From the NCBI GenBank assembly GCA_964420805.1, contig CAYQWK010000001.1, positions 3,773-67,772 of the forward strand: a DNA stretch of 64,000 bases. Direction: 5' to 3'. Shown one piece after another: positions 25,810 to 36,500 of the stretch (within the stretch, counting starts at the first letter, position 1; every line of letters starts with the position of its first letter). The translations under genes and the position numbers were made by a program. This stretch comes from an uncultured Bifidobacteriaceae bacterium. GTDB taxonomy: Bacteria > Verrucomicrobiota > Verrucomicrobiia > Limisphaerales > SIBH01. Under the pieces are notes generated by a model. It saw only the letters and a program-made list of their open reading frames with translations. It made no database searches and was not told the origin of the DNA.

Positions 25810-28800
25810 ATGATGAAATTAAGAATGACCAAGACGTTTTGCGCCCTGTTGGCCGCCGCCGTGTTGATGCCCGCGATCAGCGGACCCGCCCGCGCCGCGC
25901 TGGTGAATGCCATCACCGGCCATACAAATGATTTCTCCACGCAGCCGCCGGCCGGGGATTGGTCCACGCGCAGCTTCGGTGGGACCGGTGGAACGGCAGC
26001 CGGGGAAATCACGGGCGCCGCCGCGCTGGATGCCGCCGTGCAAACCAACAGTGCCGCGCTGATCACGGCGGGAACGACCTCCTCCGCCGTGAACCCGCCG
26101 GCCGCGGCCAGCGGCGCGACCTGGAGCAGCACCGGGGGTTACCTGCAAACGCGCCCCACCTCCACCGCCGTCACGTTGCTCATGGCCACGCTGACCAATA
26201 ACACCGGCACGAACGCCACCAGCATTCGCATCCAGTATGATTACGTGACGAACCGCGCCGGAACGCCAACGGAGGAAGTGCGCGGGCACCGGGTCTATTA
26301 CAGTTTGTCCGGCACGGCCGGCTCATGGTCGAACCTTGCCGCGCTGTCGCAGACCACCCAGGGCACGCTCGTCACCAATCTGGTGCTGTCAGCCACCTGG
26401 ACGAATGGCGCCCGTCTGCTTCTGCTCTGGGCGGATGACAACGGCTCCGGCACGCCCGACGACGCGAACGACATCGACAATTTCTCGGTGCAAGTGACCG
26501 GCCTCGAAATCAGCGCGCTGGCGTGCTCGCTCACCGCGCCGGCCAACGGGCAGTCGCTGCCGGACACCAACACCCTGGCCCTGGCCGCCACGGCCAGTCC
26601 CGGACCCGGCGCGACCAACGTGTCCATTGGGTTTTACGACGCGACGGCCGGACTCCTCGGCAGCGATCTCACCGCTCCGTTCGGCATCAACGTGGCTTTG
26701 GGCGCGGGAGTTTATCAGCTCTACGCCGTGGCCACGAACGATCTTGGCGCAACCACGTTCTCCGCGACGAACATCGTGACCGTCACCAATGTTCCCTTCT
26801 CCGTGGCATTGAACAGCCCGACCAATGGCACGACGCATGGCACTCCGACCAATGTCGCCTTCGCCGCGTCCGCCTATGGCGGCAGCAACGCCACGATCAC
26901 CGGGGTCGCGTATTTCGACGCGGTGGCCGGGTGGCTGGCCGACGCGTTCACGCCGCCATTCAACGCGGCGGCCTCGTTGAGTGGCGGCACGTTCAACATC
27001 TTCGCCGTCGCCACGAACAGCCTTGGCGCGACGGCTAGTTCCCGCACCAACACCGTGGTCATCAATGTGCCGGCGACGAACACGCTGGCGCCGGTGATTT
27101 ACGCGGTGAACCCGCCACACAGCACGCCGGTCTCGAACCTGACGAGCGTCACCGTGACCTTCAGCGAACCGGTCAGCGGCGTGGATGCTGCCGACTTGCT
27201 GGTGGAAGGCGTGCCCGCAACCGGTGTCTCGGGCAGCGGCTCGAATTACATCTTCACGTTCCCGCAGCCGCCTTATGGACAACCGACCATCTCCTGGGCA
27301 ACCAACCACGGCATCACCGACTTTGGCTGGCCCACCGTCCTGCCCTTCGATGCCAACGGTTCCGGAGCCACCTGGGGTTATTATCTGCTCGACCAGACGC
27401 CGCCCGTGCTCGCGGCGCGGACGCCCGCGCCGGGCAGCACCATCACCGGGCTGACGCAAGTTATCGTGACCTTCAGTGAGGCCGTTTCCGGGGTGGACGC
27501 GGCGGACTTGTTGATCAACGGCACGGCGGCCAGCGGCGTCACCGGCGGCGGATCGAACTATACCTTCACCGTCGCGCAGCCGTCCGCGTACGGCCCGCTC
27601 GCCATCAATGTCTCCTGGGCCACGAACCACGGCATCGCTGACCTGGCCCTGACACCGAACGCCTTCGGTGGCACCGGGTGGAACTTCACGCTCGATCCGC
27701 TCACGGTGCTCGTGCCGTCGAACTCCATGTGGCGGTTCCTGAAGGGCACGGCCGAGGCATCATCGCCGACCAACGCCTGGCGCCTGACCGGTTTCAATGA
27801 TTCCGCGTGGTCGAACGCGCCCGCGCCGTTTTTTTATGGTGATCCTTACTCGAACGGGCTGGCCGCCTTCACGCTGTTGAGCGACATGCAGAGCAATTAC
27901 GCCACGATCTATTTGCGCACGGAATTCACGGTGGCTGGCGCGGCGGCGATCACCAACCTGTATCTCAACGCGCAGAGCGACGACGGGTTCATCGCCTGGA
28001 TCAACGGCGTCGAGGTGCAACGCTACAACGTGGCGGCTGGTGAAATCGGCTACAGCGGCCTCGCCACCACGCAATCCCCCGAGCCGAACAACCGGGGTGC
28101 GGCTTACACCAACTTCGTCATCACCAATGCCTCCGCGTTTCTCGTCAACGGCACCAACCTCCTCACTGTCCACGCCCTCAACCAGTCGCTGGCCGGCAGC
28201 AGCGACTTCGGATTCAACGCGCAACTCCACACCTACCTCTCCGATGCCGGCAGCGTTCCGCCTCGCATTACGCTGGCCGTGCCCGCGTCCGGAGAAGTTT
28301 TCGCGCTGACGAACATCACCTTGACCTTCAGCGAAGATGTCTCGGGCGTGGACGCCGCCGATCTGCTGGTGAATGGAGTTCCGGCAACGGGCGTTGAGAG
28401 CAACAGCGCCAGGCTCTTTAACTTCACTTTCACTCAACCCGCTTTCGGACCCGTGCTCGTAACCTGGGACACCAACCATGGAATCGCCGATCTGGATGAG
28501 CCTCCCAAGCCCTTCAACAGCGCCGGGCCAGGCGCCACGTTCAGCCTCTCGCTGGTCAACCCGGCCGCGCCGGTGATTGCCGCGCGTTCGCCGGCCGCAG
28601 GTTCCTCGGTGTCCAATCTCGTTTCGGTTTCCGTCACCTTCAGCAAGGCCGTGACGGGAGTGGACGCCGCCGACCTGCTCGTGAACGGGGCGCCCGCCTC
28701 CGGTGTGAGCGGCAGCGGCTCGAACCATGTGTTCGTGTTTCCCCTGCCCTCCTACGGCGCGGTGGCCATCACCTGGGCTTCGGACCACGGCATCGTCGAT

Positions 28801-30705
28801 GCGGACTTCCCGACCAATGCTTTCGACGGCATGCGCCCCACCAACGTCTGGAGCTACACGCTGCTGGATCAATTGCCGCCGGTCGTCGCCTCCCAGAATC
28901 CACCCGCCGGCGCGAACGTCACGAACCTCACCCAGATCACCGTGAGCTTCAGCGAACCCGTTAGCGGTGTGACTGCCGGCGACTTGCTGATCAATGGAAT
29001 TCCCGCCACCAACGTCGGCGGCGGCCCGGCGAATTACACTTTTACGTTTGCCCAGCCGAATGGATCGAGCATCAACGTCACCTGGGCCGCCGCCCACGGC
29101 ATCCGCGATCTTGCCCTCGCGCCGAATCCGTTCAACGCCGCCGGCCCGGGGGCGACCTGGAGTTACGCCACGCCCGACACCGTGCCGCCCGATGTGGGCG
29201 TGATCGCGCCACCTGCCGGCTCAACCGTGCGTTACCTCACGCATCTGAGCGTGACCTTCGATGAACCCGTCAGCGGCGTGGACGCAGGCGACCTGCTCGT
29301 CAACTCCGTGCCGGCGCAAAGCGTCACCGGCGCGGGCGCGGGACCGTATTTCTTCGTTTTCGCGCACCCCGCCACTGGAACGGTGCAAGTGGCGTTCGCG
29401 CCCGGCCATGGCATTCACGATTCCACCGGCTCGTCGAATGGCTTCAGCGGCGCGGCATGGAATTACGAATTGAACCCGGCCCTCCCCGTGGACATCGCCG
29501 CAACGCATGTGATCCAGATGAGCCTCGACGGGCTTGGAGCGAAATATCTCCAGTTCTATGTGAGCAACGCCCCGGCGCAATTCCCAAACTTCGTGCGGCT
29601 GATGAATGAGGGAGCCTTCACCTTCAACGCCCGCTGCGACTATGACATCTCGGAAACCGTCCCCAACCACGCCACGATGTTCACCGGGCGCCCGGTCCTG
29701 CAACCTTCCGGCTCTCCGGCCACCGCGCACCACGGCTACAACAACAATTTTCCCGTTGCCACGGAAACCCTGCACAACTCCGGCAACACGAATGTCCCCT
29801 ACAAGAACAGCATGTTCGACGTCGCCCACGACTACGGGCGCACCACCGCGTTTTACGCCGGCAAAACCCGCCTCGACATCTGCGACCGCAGCTTCAACGG
29901 AACCAATGGCGCCCTCGATCTCATTGGCGCCGACAACGGCCGGGACAAGATCGACTTCTCCTCCGTGCTCGACATTTCCGGCACCTCCATTTCCAACGAG
30001 GTCAACACCATCCTCGCCGATCTCACCAGTCCCGTGCCGAAGGAATATACTTTCATCCACATTGCTGAACCGGACCTGACCGGACACTCGACGAGTTGGG
30101 GCAGCGCCAGTTGGAGCAACGCCGTGCGCATGGTGGATACCCAACTGGGCCGCATCCTCGCCGCCATCGACGCGCATCCGCTGCTGTCCAACCAAACCGC
30201 GCTCATCGTCACGGCCGATCACGGCGGCGGCGGCGTCACAGTCAACGCGCACACCGAGGCCTATCATATCACCAACTACACCGTGCCCTTCTTCCTCCGC
30301 GCGCCTGGCATCGCCGGCGGCACCGACCTCTACGCCGTCTTCGCCAACCGCGGTAATCCCGGCACCAACCGCACCGACTACACGACCAATCCCCAGCCGA
30401 TTCGCAACGGCGACGGCAGTAACCTCGCGTTGTCACTGCTCGGCCTGCCGCCCATTCCCGGGTCATTCATGGTGCCGGGCTTCACCGTGCCTTCGGTCAC
30501 ATTGCGCACCGCGCGCTACGGGGCACAGGCCGGGTTCTTCTGGTTTGATCCGAATGATGAATTCGACCTCGAAGCCCAAGCCGCGCTTGGCACCGCATGG
30601 CAAACCGTGACGAACGGCATAACCACCGCCGACACCACCAAGGTCTTCACCATCACCAATGGGATGGAATTTCCGGCGCGCTTCTTCCGGCTGAAGAAGA
30701 AATGA
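25810..30705 (+). CDS. Giant secreted protein (1,631 aa): unknown N-domain, Ig-like modules, six ~100-aa SbsA-type Ig-like repeats, jelly-roll-like module, ENPP/alkaline-phosphatase-superfamily domain, C-terminal ARFFRL domain
   Basis: Signal peptide MMKLRMTKTFCALLAAAVLMPAISGPARA. The repeat motif is VTVTFSEPVSGVDAADLLVNGVPATGVSGSGSNY. VIQMSLDGLGAKYL...ISETVPNHATMFTGRP...IVTADHGGGG is the ENPP/type I phosphodiesterase pattern. Confidence 0.9.
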   Translation: MMKLRMTKTFCALLAAAVLMPAISGPARAALVNAITGHTNDFSTQPPAGDWSTRSFGGTGGTAAGEITGAAALDAAVQTNSAALITAGTTSSAVNPPAAASGATWSSTGGYLQTRPTSTAVTLLMATLTNNTGTNATSIRIQYDYVTNRAGTPTEEVRGHRVYYSLSGTAGSWSNLAALSQTTQGTLVTNLVLSATWTNGARLLLLWADDNGSGTPDDANDIDNFSVQVTGLEISALACSLTAPANGQSLPDTNTLALAATASPGPGATNVSIGFYDATAGLLGSDLTAPFGINVALGAGVYQLYAVATNDLGATTFSATNIVTVTNVPFSVALNSPTNGTTHGTPTNVAFAASAYGGSNATITGVAYFDAVAGWLADAFTPPFNAAASLSGGTFNIFAVATNSLGATASSRTNTVVINVPATNTLAPVIYAVNPPHSTPVSNLTSVTVTFSEPVSGVDAADLLVEGVPATGVSGSGSNYIFTFPQPPYGQPTISWATNHGITDFGWPTVLPFDANGSGATWGYYLLDQTPPVLAARTPAPGSTITGLTQVIVTFSEAVSGVDAADLLINGTAASGVTGGGSNYTFTVAQPSAYGPLAINVSWATNHGIADLALTPNAFGGTGWNFTLDPLTVLVPSNSMWRFLKGTAEASSPTNAWRLTGFNDSAWSNAPAPFFYGDPYSNGLAAFTLLSDMQSNYATIYLRTEFTVAGAAAITNLYLNAQSDDGFIAWINGVEVQRYNVAAGEIGYSGLATTQSPEPNNRGAAYTNFVITNASAFLVNGTNLLTVHALNQSLAGSSDFGFNAQLHTYLSDAGSVPPRITLAVPASGEVFALTNITLTFSEDVSGVDAADLLVNGVPATGVESNSARLFNFTFTQPAFGPVLVTWDTNHGIADLDEPPKPFNSAGPGATFSLSLVNPAAPVIAARSPAAGSSVSNLVSVSVTFSKAVTGVDAADLLVNGAPASGVSGSGSNHVFVFPLPSYGAVAITWASDHGIVDADFPTNAFDGMRPTNVWSYTLLDQLPPVVASQNPPAGANVTNLTQITVSFSEPVSGVTAGDLLINGIPATNVGGGPANYTFTFAQPNGSSINVTWAAAHGIRDLALAPNPFNAAGPGATWSYATPDTVPPDVGVIAPPAGSTVRYLTHLSVTFDEPVSGVDAGDLLVNSVPAQSVTGAGAGPYFFVFAHPATGTVQVAFAPGHGIHDSTGSSNGFSGAAWNYELNPALPVDIAATHVIQMSLDGLGAKYLQFYVSNAPAQFPNFVRLMNEGAFTFNARCDYDISETVPNHATMFTGRPVLQPSGSPATAHHGYNNNFPVATETLHNSGNTNVPYKNSMFDVAHDYGRTTAFYAGKTRLDICDRSFNGTNGALDLIGADNGRDKIDFSSVLDISGTSISNEVNTILADLTSPVPKEYTFIHIAEPDLTGHSTSWGSASWSNAVRMVDTQLGRILAAIDAHPLLSNQTALIVTADHGGGGVTVNAHTEAYHITNYTVPFFLRAPGIAGGTDLYAVFANRGNPGTNRTDYTTNPQPIRNGDGSNLALSLLGLPPIPGSFMVPGFTVPSVTLRTARYGAQAGFFWFDPNDEFDLEAQAALGTAWQTVTNGITTADTTKVFTITNGMEFPARFFRLKKK
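27088..29478 (+). repeat. Intragenic array of six ~100-codon Ig-like modules, interrupted at about 27700-28260 by the jelly-roll-like module
   Basis: TFSE[PA]VSGVDAADLL[VI]NG recurs six times in the protein. The repeat is recognisable at the DNA level (gtgaccttcagcga...ggcgtggacgc.gccgac.tgct). Confidence 0.8.
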
Positions 30706-30807
30706 CGCGGAAGCGTTTCTTCAGCGGAAACCATGCCGCCGAGCAATCTCAGGCCGTGAAGCGCAACCACACAAGACAGGCAGGATACCTGTCCTACTGC
30801 ATGGTTG

Positions 30808-30825
30808 CGGCTTAATGCTCCCTTA
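30808..30825 (+). promoter_or_regulatory. Shared 18-nt upstream motif, copy 2 (209 nt before the ATG at 31034)
   Basis: cggcttaatgctccctta differs from cggcttaatcctccctta (25676-25693) at one position. Confidence 0.4.
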
Positions 30826-31033
30826 ATGCAGAGCCAGCTAGCTTGTCCGCGTTGGGTCGCCGGGCCGCGCCACTTGATGGTTGAACGCCTTGGTCATGCG
30901 TCCCGGGCCGAGGAATGATGGAATCAGGGAGCAGTTATCCGTTTTCATGGAATTCAGACTCGGCAACCGGGGCCTTTTGGCGGAAGGTGGGCGCGTCCCT
31001 TCACCCCGGACATCGTTGAAAGTGTTTCTCTCC

Positions 31034-33559
31034 ATGAAGTGTCGCCGATCGCGCATGGCGCGACTGCTTTGCCTGGCCTCGCTGCTCGTCATCGCCGTTT
31101 GGCGCACGGCCGCCGCGCCTGCCGTCGTCATCAATGAAATCCATTACCACCCGGTCGAGGAGGCGGCGTTCGACGCGAATGGGTTGCCGCTGCTCGACTT
31201 GAGCGAGGACGTTCACGAGTTCATCGAGCTGTTCAACCCGACCGCCACAAACGTCCCGCTGGCCGGCTGGAAACTCTCCGGCGCGGTGTCGTTCGAGTTC
31301 GCCGCCGGGACGATGCTCCCGGCGCGCGGCTTCGCCGTGGTGGCCAAAGACCCGGCGCGGCTGGCGGCCATCGGCACGTATGGGCTGACGAATGGACAGG
31401 TGCTGGGGCCTTGGGAGGGGAAGCTCGGCAATTCCGGCGACACCGTCCGCTTGAAGAACGACGCGGGCGACGTGATGGACACGGTTTCCTATTCGGCGGC
31501 GTCGCCGTGGGCCATCGGCGCAAACGCGCTCGGAGCGGATGACGAATGGACAGGGTTGAATTCCTCGAATTACCAGTATCGCGGCCGCTCGCTGGAACGG
31601 GTCAGCGCGTCCTGGACAGGCAATGATCCGGCCAACTGGCTCGCTTCGCCCGTGGCCGGCAATCCCAGCCCCGGCCGCAGCAACGCCGTCTCGCTGGTCA
31701 CGCCCCGGCCGGTGATTCTCTCCTTCTCCGTTTCGCAGGCTTCCGATGGCGAATCGATCATCAATGCCAGCCAGGCAGTCCGGGTTGACTGCGCGTTCTC
31801 GGGCACCAATTCCTTGAGCAATGTGGCGGTGGAATATTTTGTCGATGACGTGAACGTGACGGGCGAGATCACGACCACGACAGCCATGACTTCCGCCGGG
31901 CCGGCCGCCTTCACGGTCACGCTGCCCGGACAGGCGGCGCGGAGCGTGGTGCGGTTTCGTTTCCGGGCCGACCGCGGCGTGGGCGCAGAGACGGTTTCTC
32001 CGCGCGCGGACGATCCGTTTGGCTGGCACGCGTGGTTCGTCACGCCGGCGCGCAGTTCGACCAACCGCATTTACGACTGCTTTATCTCGACGGCCAGCCT
32101 CACGGTTTTGACCAGCAACATCTCGCAGTCGCCACGCCGTACGACGACGCCGGATCCTCCCGGAATGCCGCGCACCGCGTGGAACGCGACGGAGCCGGCC
32201 ACGTTTATTTACAACGGCACGGTCCATGACATCCGGCTGCGGTATCACGGCAGTCCGTTCCGGAGATCCACCACGCGCAATTCGTGGAAGGTCGCGTTCC
32301 CCCGCTGGCAGCCGATGGAGGGATTGGAAACGGTGTTCGTGACGGACAAGACGGACGTTTATGCGGTGGCGAACAAGCTCTTCGGGCTGGCCGGGCTGCC
32401 GTATTCCTCGGTCCGCTGGGTGGATTGGTATTTGAACAACAACGCCTTGCTGGTCCGGCTCGAACAACGCGAGATGGACGGGCCGTTCTTCGAGGAGTTC
32501 GCGCGGGACTGGCACAAGGCCAACCCGGACCAACCGCGCGAGGAAACCGGCGAATGGTACAAGGCCCAGGGCACAATGTTGAATGGCGACCCGGAAGGCC
32601 CGTTCGGAGCGGGGACATTTTACCAACTACCGCCGCGCCTTCCCTACTGGCAGGAATGGCAGCGCTACGACTGGACCTATGCGGTCCAGATGCACAAGTG
32701 GAAGGGGCACGTGGACGTGATGAATCTCTGCCGCGGCATGTGGACGGCGCGGGCCAGCACGAACAGCCCGAACCTCACCGCGTTGCGCGCGTTCCTTGAG
32801 GCGAACTTCGACGTGGACGCCACGCTCAATTACCTCGCCATCCGCCAATGGGCCTGCGGATGGGACGACATTTTCCAGAACTGGTTCCTCTGGCGGCGCG
32901 CCAGTGGCCGATACGCGATGCTCCCGTGGGACGTGGACAGCGAGTTCGGCGGGCGCAGCGCCACAACCTCGATTTTCATCGGTGAACTCGGGGATGCGGC
33001 GAATTTCTGGCAGGGCCCGAACTGGTTGAAGGACTCGTGGTTCAAAGCCTATCGCAACGAGTTCAAGGAACGGCTCTTCGTCTTGAACAACACGTTGCTC
33101 AATCCCACCAACATTTCCGCGCTCGGTTTCACGAGCTACCGGACCTGGGCCGATCAACGCTTCGCCTCGGTGAACTCCCAACTTGCGCTTGGCGTGTTCC
33201 ACCGGCCGAACCAACCGGTGGCGCTGTCGCCCTCCGGCGGCCAGGCCGTCCTGCCCGGCGCCACCCTGCAATCCAGCGCCTACACTCACAGCGCCGCGCC
33301 CGCACCCGCCCACGCTTCCACCACCTGGATCATCCGTCAGGCGGACAGCACCTGGGCTGAACCCGTATTCAAAGTCACCAGCACCACCAACCTGACCTCG
33401 CTGCCCGTCCCTTTCGGCGAACTGGAATTCGGTGACACCTATTTCTGGAAATGCCTATTCACCGACGCCAACGGACACCCTTCGCTCGAATCCGCCGAGG
33501 CTTCGTTCGTGTACGGGGCGCAAACGGTCACGGTGCCGCTCGTGGCCATCGACGCCTAG
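31034..33559 (+). CDS. Secreted lamin-tail-domain (LTD) + CotH kinase-family protein, 841 codons up to an in-frame TAG
   Basis: Signal peptide MKCRRSRMARLLCLASLLVIAVWRTAAAP. The LTD reads VVINEIHYHP...EFIELFNPTATNVPLAGWKLSG. The CotH-like core reads NSWKVAFPRWQPMEGLETVFV...ANKLFGLAGLPYSSVRWVDWYLNNN...LEQREMDGPFFEEF. It ends at TAG 33557-33559. Confidence 0.85.
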   Translation: MKCRRSRMARLLCLASLLVIAVWRTAAAPAVVINEIHYHPVEEAAFDANGLPLLDLSEDVHEFIELFNPTATNVPLAGWKLSGAVSFEFAAGTMLPARGFAVVAKDPARLAAIGTYGLTNGQVLGPWEGKLGNSGDTVRLKNDAGDVMDTVSYSAASPWAIGANALGADDEWTGLNSSNYQYRGRSLERVSASWTGNDPANWLASPVAGNPSPGRSNAVSLVTPRPVILSFSVSQASDGESIINASQAVRVDCAFSGTNSLSNVAVEYFVDDVNVTGEITTTTAMTSAGPAAFTVTLPGQAARSVVRFRFRADRGVGAETVSPRADDPFGWHAWFVTPARSSTNRIYDCFISTASLTVLTSNISQSPRRTTTPDPPGMPRTAWNATEPATFIYNGTVHDIRLRYHGSPFRRSTTRNSWKVAFPRWQPMEGLETVFVTDKTDVYAVANKLFGLAGLPYSSVRWVDWYLNNNALLVRLEQREMDGPFFEEFARDWHKANPDQPREETGEWYKAQGTMLNGDPEGPFGAGTFYQLPPRLPYWQEWQRYDWTYAVQMHKWKGHVDVMNLCRGMWTARASTNSPNLTALRAFLEANFDVDATLNYLAIRQWACGWDDIFQNWFLWRRASGRYAMLPWDVDSEFGGRSATTSIFIGELGDAANFWQGPNWLKDSWFKAYRNEFKERLFVLNNTLLNPTNISALGFTSYRTWADQRFASVNSQLALGVFHRPNQPVALSPSGGQAVLPGATLQSSAYTHSAAPAPAHASTTWIIRQADSTWAEPVFKVTSTTNLTSLPVPFGELEFGDTYFWKCLFTDANGHPSLESAEASFVYGAQTVTVPLVAIDA

Positions 33560-36500
33560 ACGCTCTGGCGCTACGAGCAGTCCGGCGTCGCGCCCGCGAC
33601 CAACTGGAACCGGCCGGGCTTTGACGACAGCGCGTGGCAGCAGGGGCCGGCGTTGCTCGGCGCCTCGCCCGGCGGCCTGCCCGACACGCTGCGCACCACG
33701 CTGACCACGGCGGCGAACAAGATGGCGTTCTATTTCCGCACCACGTTCAACTTCACCGGCGACGTGTCCACAGCCCGGATGCGGCTGCGGCAGGTCATCG
33801 ACGACGGCGCCATCCTCTACCTCAACGGCGTGGAAATCCTCCGCACCGGCATGAGCTCCGGCGACGTGAGCTCGCTCACGCCGGCGTTCCGCAACGTCGG
33901 CACCGCAGTGTTTGAAGGGCCGTTCAACATCCCTTCGGACAGCCTCGTGCAAGGAAGCAACGTGCTCGCCGCCGAGGTTCACCAGTTCAACAGCAGCAGC
34001 ACGGACGTTGCCTTCGGAGTCGCGCTTGATGCGCTCGTTCCTCCTGCTCCCGGCGGCGTCGTTCTCAGCGAGATTCTGGCCGACAACCGCTCGACCATCA
34101 CCAACGGCGGCTCGCTCCCGGATTACATCGAACTGCTTAACACGACCGCCATCACCCAGAACCTCAACGGACTGAGCCTCAGCGACAACGTGCTCGTGCC
34201 CGGCAAATACATCTTCCCCTCGGCCACCATCCCACCGGGCGGGCGGCTCGTCGTCTGGTGTGATGACCAAACCAACGCGCCCGGCCTCCACACCGGGTTC
34301 GCGCTCGACAACGACGGCCAGACCGTCGCGCTGTTCAGCGTGACCACGAACGGTTTCACGCTGGTTGATTCGGTGATCTTCGGTTTGCAGCTTCCCGATT
34401 TTTCCATCGCGCGGGTTGCCGGAACCTGGCAACTGGCCACGCCCACGCCGGGCGGCGCCAATGCCGCCGCGCCGCTCGGTTCCCCGGCCGCGCTCAAGAT
34501 CAACGAATGGATGGCCACTGATTCCACGGGCGGCGACTGGATCGAGCTGTTCAACACCACGCCGTTGCCGGTGGCACTGGGCGACCTTTACCTGACCGAT
34601 GATTTCGCCGCGCCAGCGAGGGGCCCACTCACGCCCCTTTCGTTTATTGGGCCGCTGGGTTACCGGAGATTCATCGCCGATGAAAGCCCCGGTCAGAGCG
34701 CGCGGCATGTGGATTTCAAACTCAGTGGCACCGGCGAGGTAATCGGTCTTTACGACGCCGCCCTCGCGTTGATCGACGGCGTCACCTTCGGCCCGCAAAC
34801 CAGTGATGTCTCGCAAGGTCGCCTGCCGGACGCCGCCACGAATATCGTCTTTTTCCCGCTCACACCGTCTCCCGAGGACGCGAATTATTTGCCGCTCACC
34901 AACCTCGTCATCAGCGAAGTGCTCGCGCACAGCGACACGCCCCTCGAAGACCTCGTTGAAATCCACAACCTTTCCGCCGCGCCTGTCGATGCCGGCGGTT
35001 GGTGGTTGAGCGACAGCAAGGCGAACCTCCGCAAGTTCCGCCTCCCGACCAACACGGTGATCGCGGCCGGCGGGTTCGTAACCTTCGCCGAGCACCAGTT
35101 CAACACCAACACCGGCACGCCGTTTTCGTTGAGCGGCGCGCATGGCGACTCCGTTTATCTGGCCGCCGCCGATGCCGCGGGCAACCTGACCGGACACCGC
35201 ACTGGAGCGGCGTTCGGCCCGGCGGAGAACGGTGTCTCGCACGGTCGTTTCGCAACCAGCCAGGGATTCGAGTTCGCCGCCCTCGCCACGGCGACCTTTG
35301 GCTCGTCCAACAGCGCGCCGCGCATCGGCCCGGTGGTGATCAGCGAGATCATGTATCACCCGGCGGATTTCTTTGACGGCTCGGACAACGGACGCGACGA
35401 GTTCATCGAACTACGGAACATCGCAGCCACGAATGTCGCGCTCTTCGACCCCGCGCGCCCAGCCAATCGCTGGCGGCTGCGCGATGCGGTGGATTTCACC
35501 TTCCCCACCAACACACTGCTCGCGTCCGGCGAGGCAGTGCTCGTGGTGGGCTTCGATCCCCTCACCAACGCCCCGGCGCTTGCCGCGTTCCTCGACGCGT
35601 ACGGTTCGGTCTCCAACGCGCGGATGTTCGGTCCGTTCACCGGGCAACTCGACAATTCCAGCGACAGCGTGGAACTCGTGAAACCCGACGCGCCCGTGGA
35701 TGTGCCCGGGCCGGATTTCGGTTTCGTGCCATCGGTGCTCGTGGACAAGGCGCATTACCGCGACGCGGCGCCATGGCCTGCGGCGGCCGACGGCACAGGC
35801 GCGTCCTTGCAACGCCGCTTCAACACCGCCTACGGAAACGATCCGACCAACTGGCTGGCCGCCGCGCCATCGCCCGGTGCCGTCACCACCACCAACATTC
35901 TGCCCGTGGTCTCTGTTTCCACTCCGTTTGCTGTCGTGATCGGCCCGGCGAACATCTCCTTGACCGCCGCGGCCAGCGACGCAGACGGGTCGGTGACAAA
36001 GGTCGAATTCTTCGCCAACGGCGTGAAACTCGGCGAGGACGCCACCGCGCCGTATGCCTTCACATGGACCAACGCCCCGCTCGGCAACCACGCCCTGACC
36101 GCCCGCGCGCGGGACAACCGCGGCGCGGCCGGAATCAGCACCCCACTGGCGTTGAGCGTCGTCTCGCAACTGACCACCGTCGCGCTCACCGCGCCCGCGA
36201 ACGGGAGCCTGTTCCAGGCCGGCGGCACGGTTTCCATGACCGCCACCGCCACCAACGCGGCCGCCCCGATCACCAACGTCGATTTCCTCGTCAGCGGCGT
36301 GCGCATCGCCTCCGACACCAGCACGCCGTTCAACGGCAGTTGGGTCGCCAGCGCCGGGAGTTTCGCCCTCGCCGCCGTGGCCGTGGACAGCACCGGGCTG
36401 CGCACAACGTCTGCGCCGGTGCAGATCAACGTGCAGGCCGTGCTGAACACCAACATCACGCTGATCGCCAGCAACTCGTTCTGGCGCTACCTCGACAACG

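Noticed and set aside
33557-33559. Reading the in-frame TAG as pyrrolysine
   Set aside because: No pyl genes are visible in the window, and the inferred lineage is not known to use pyrrolysine. Mutation, error or generic read-through are more parsimonious explanations.
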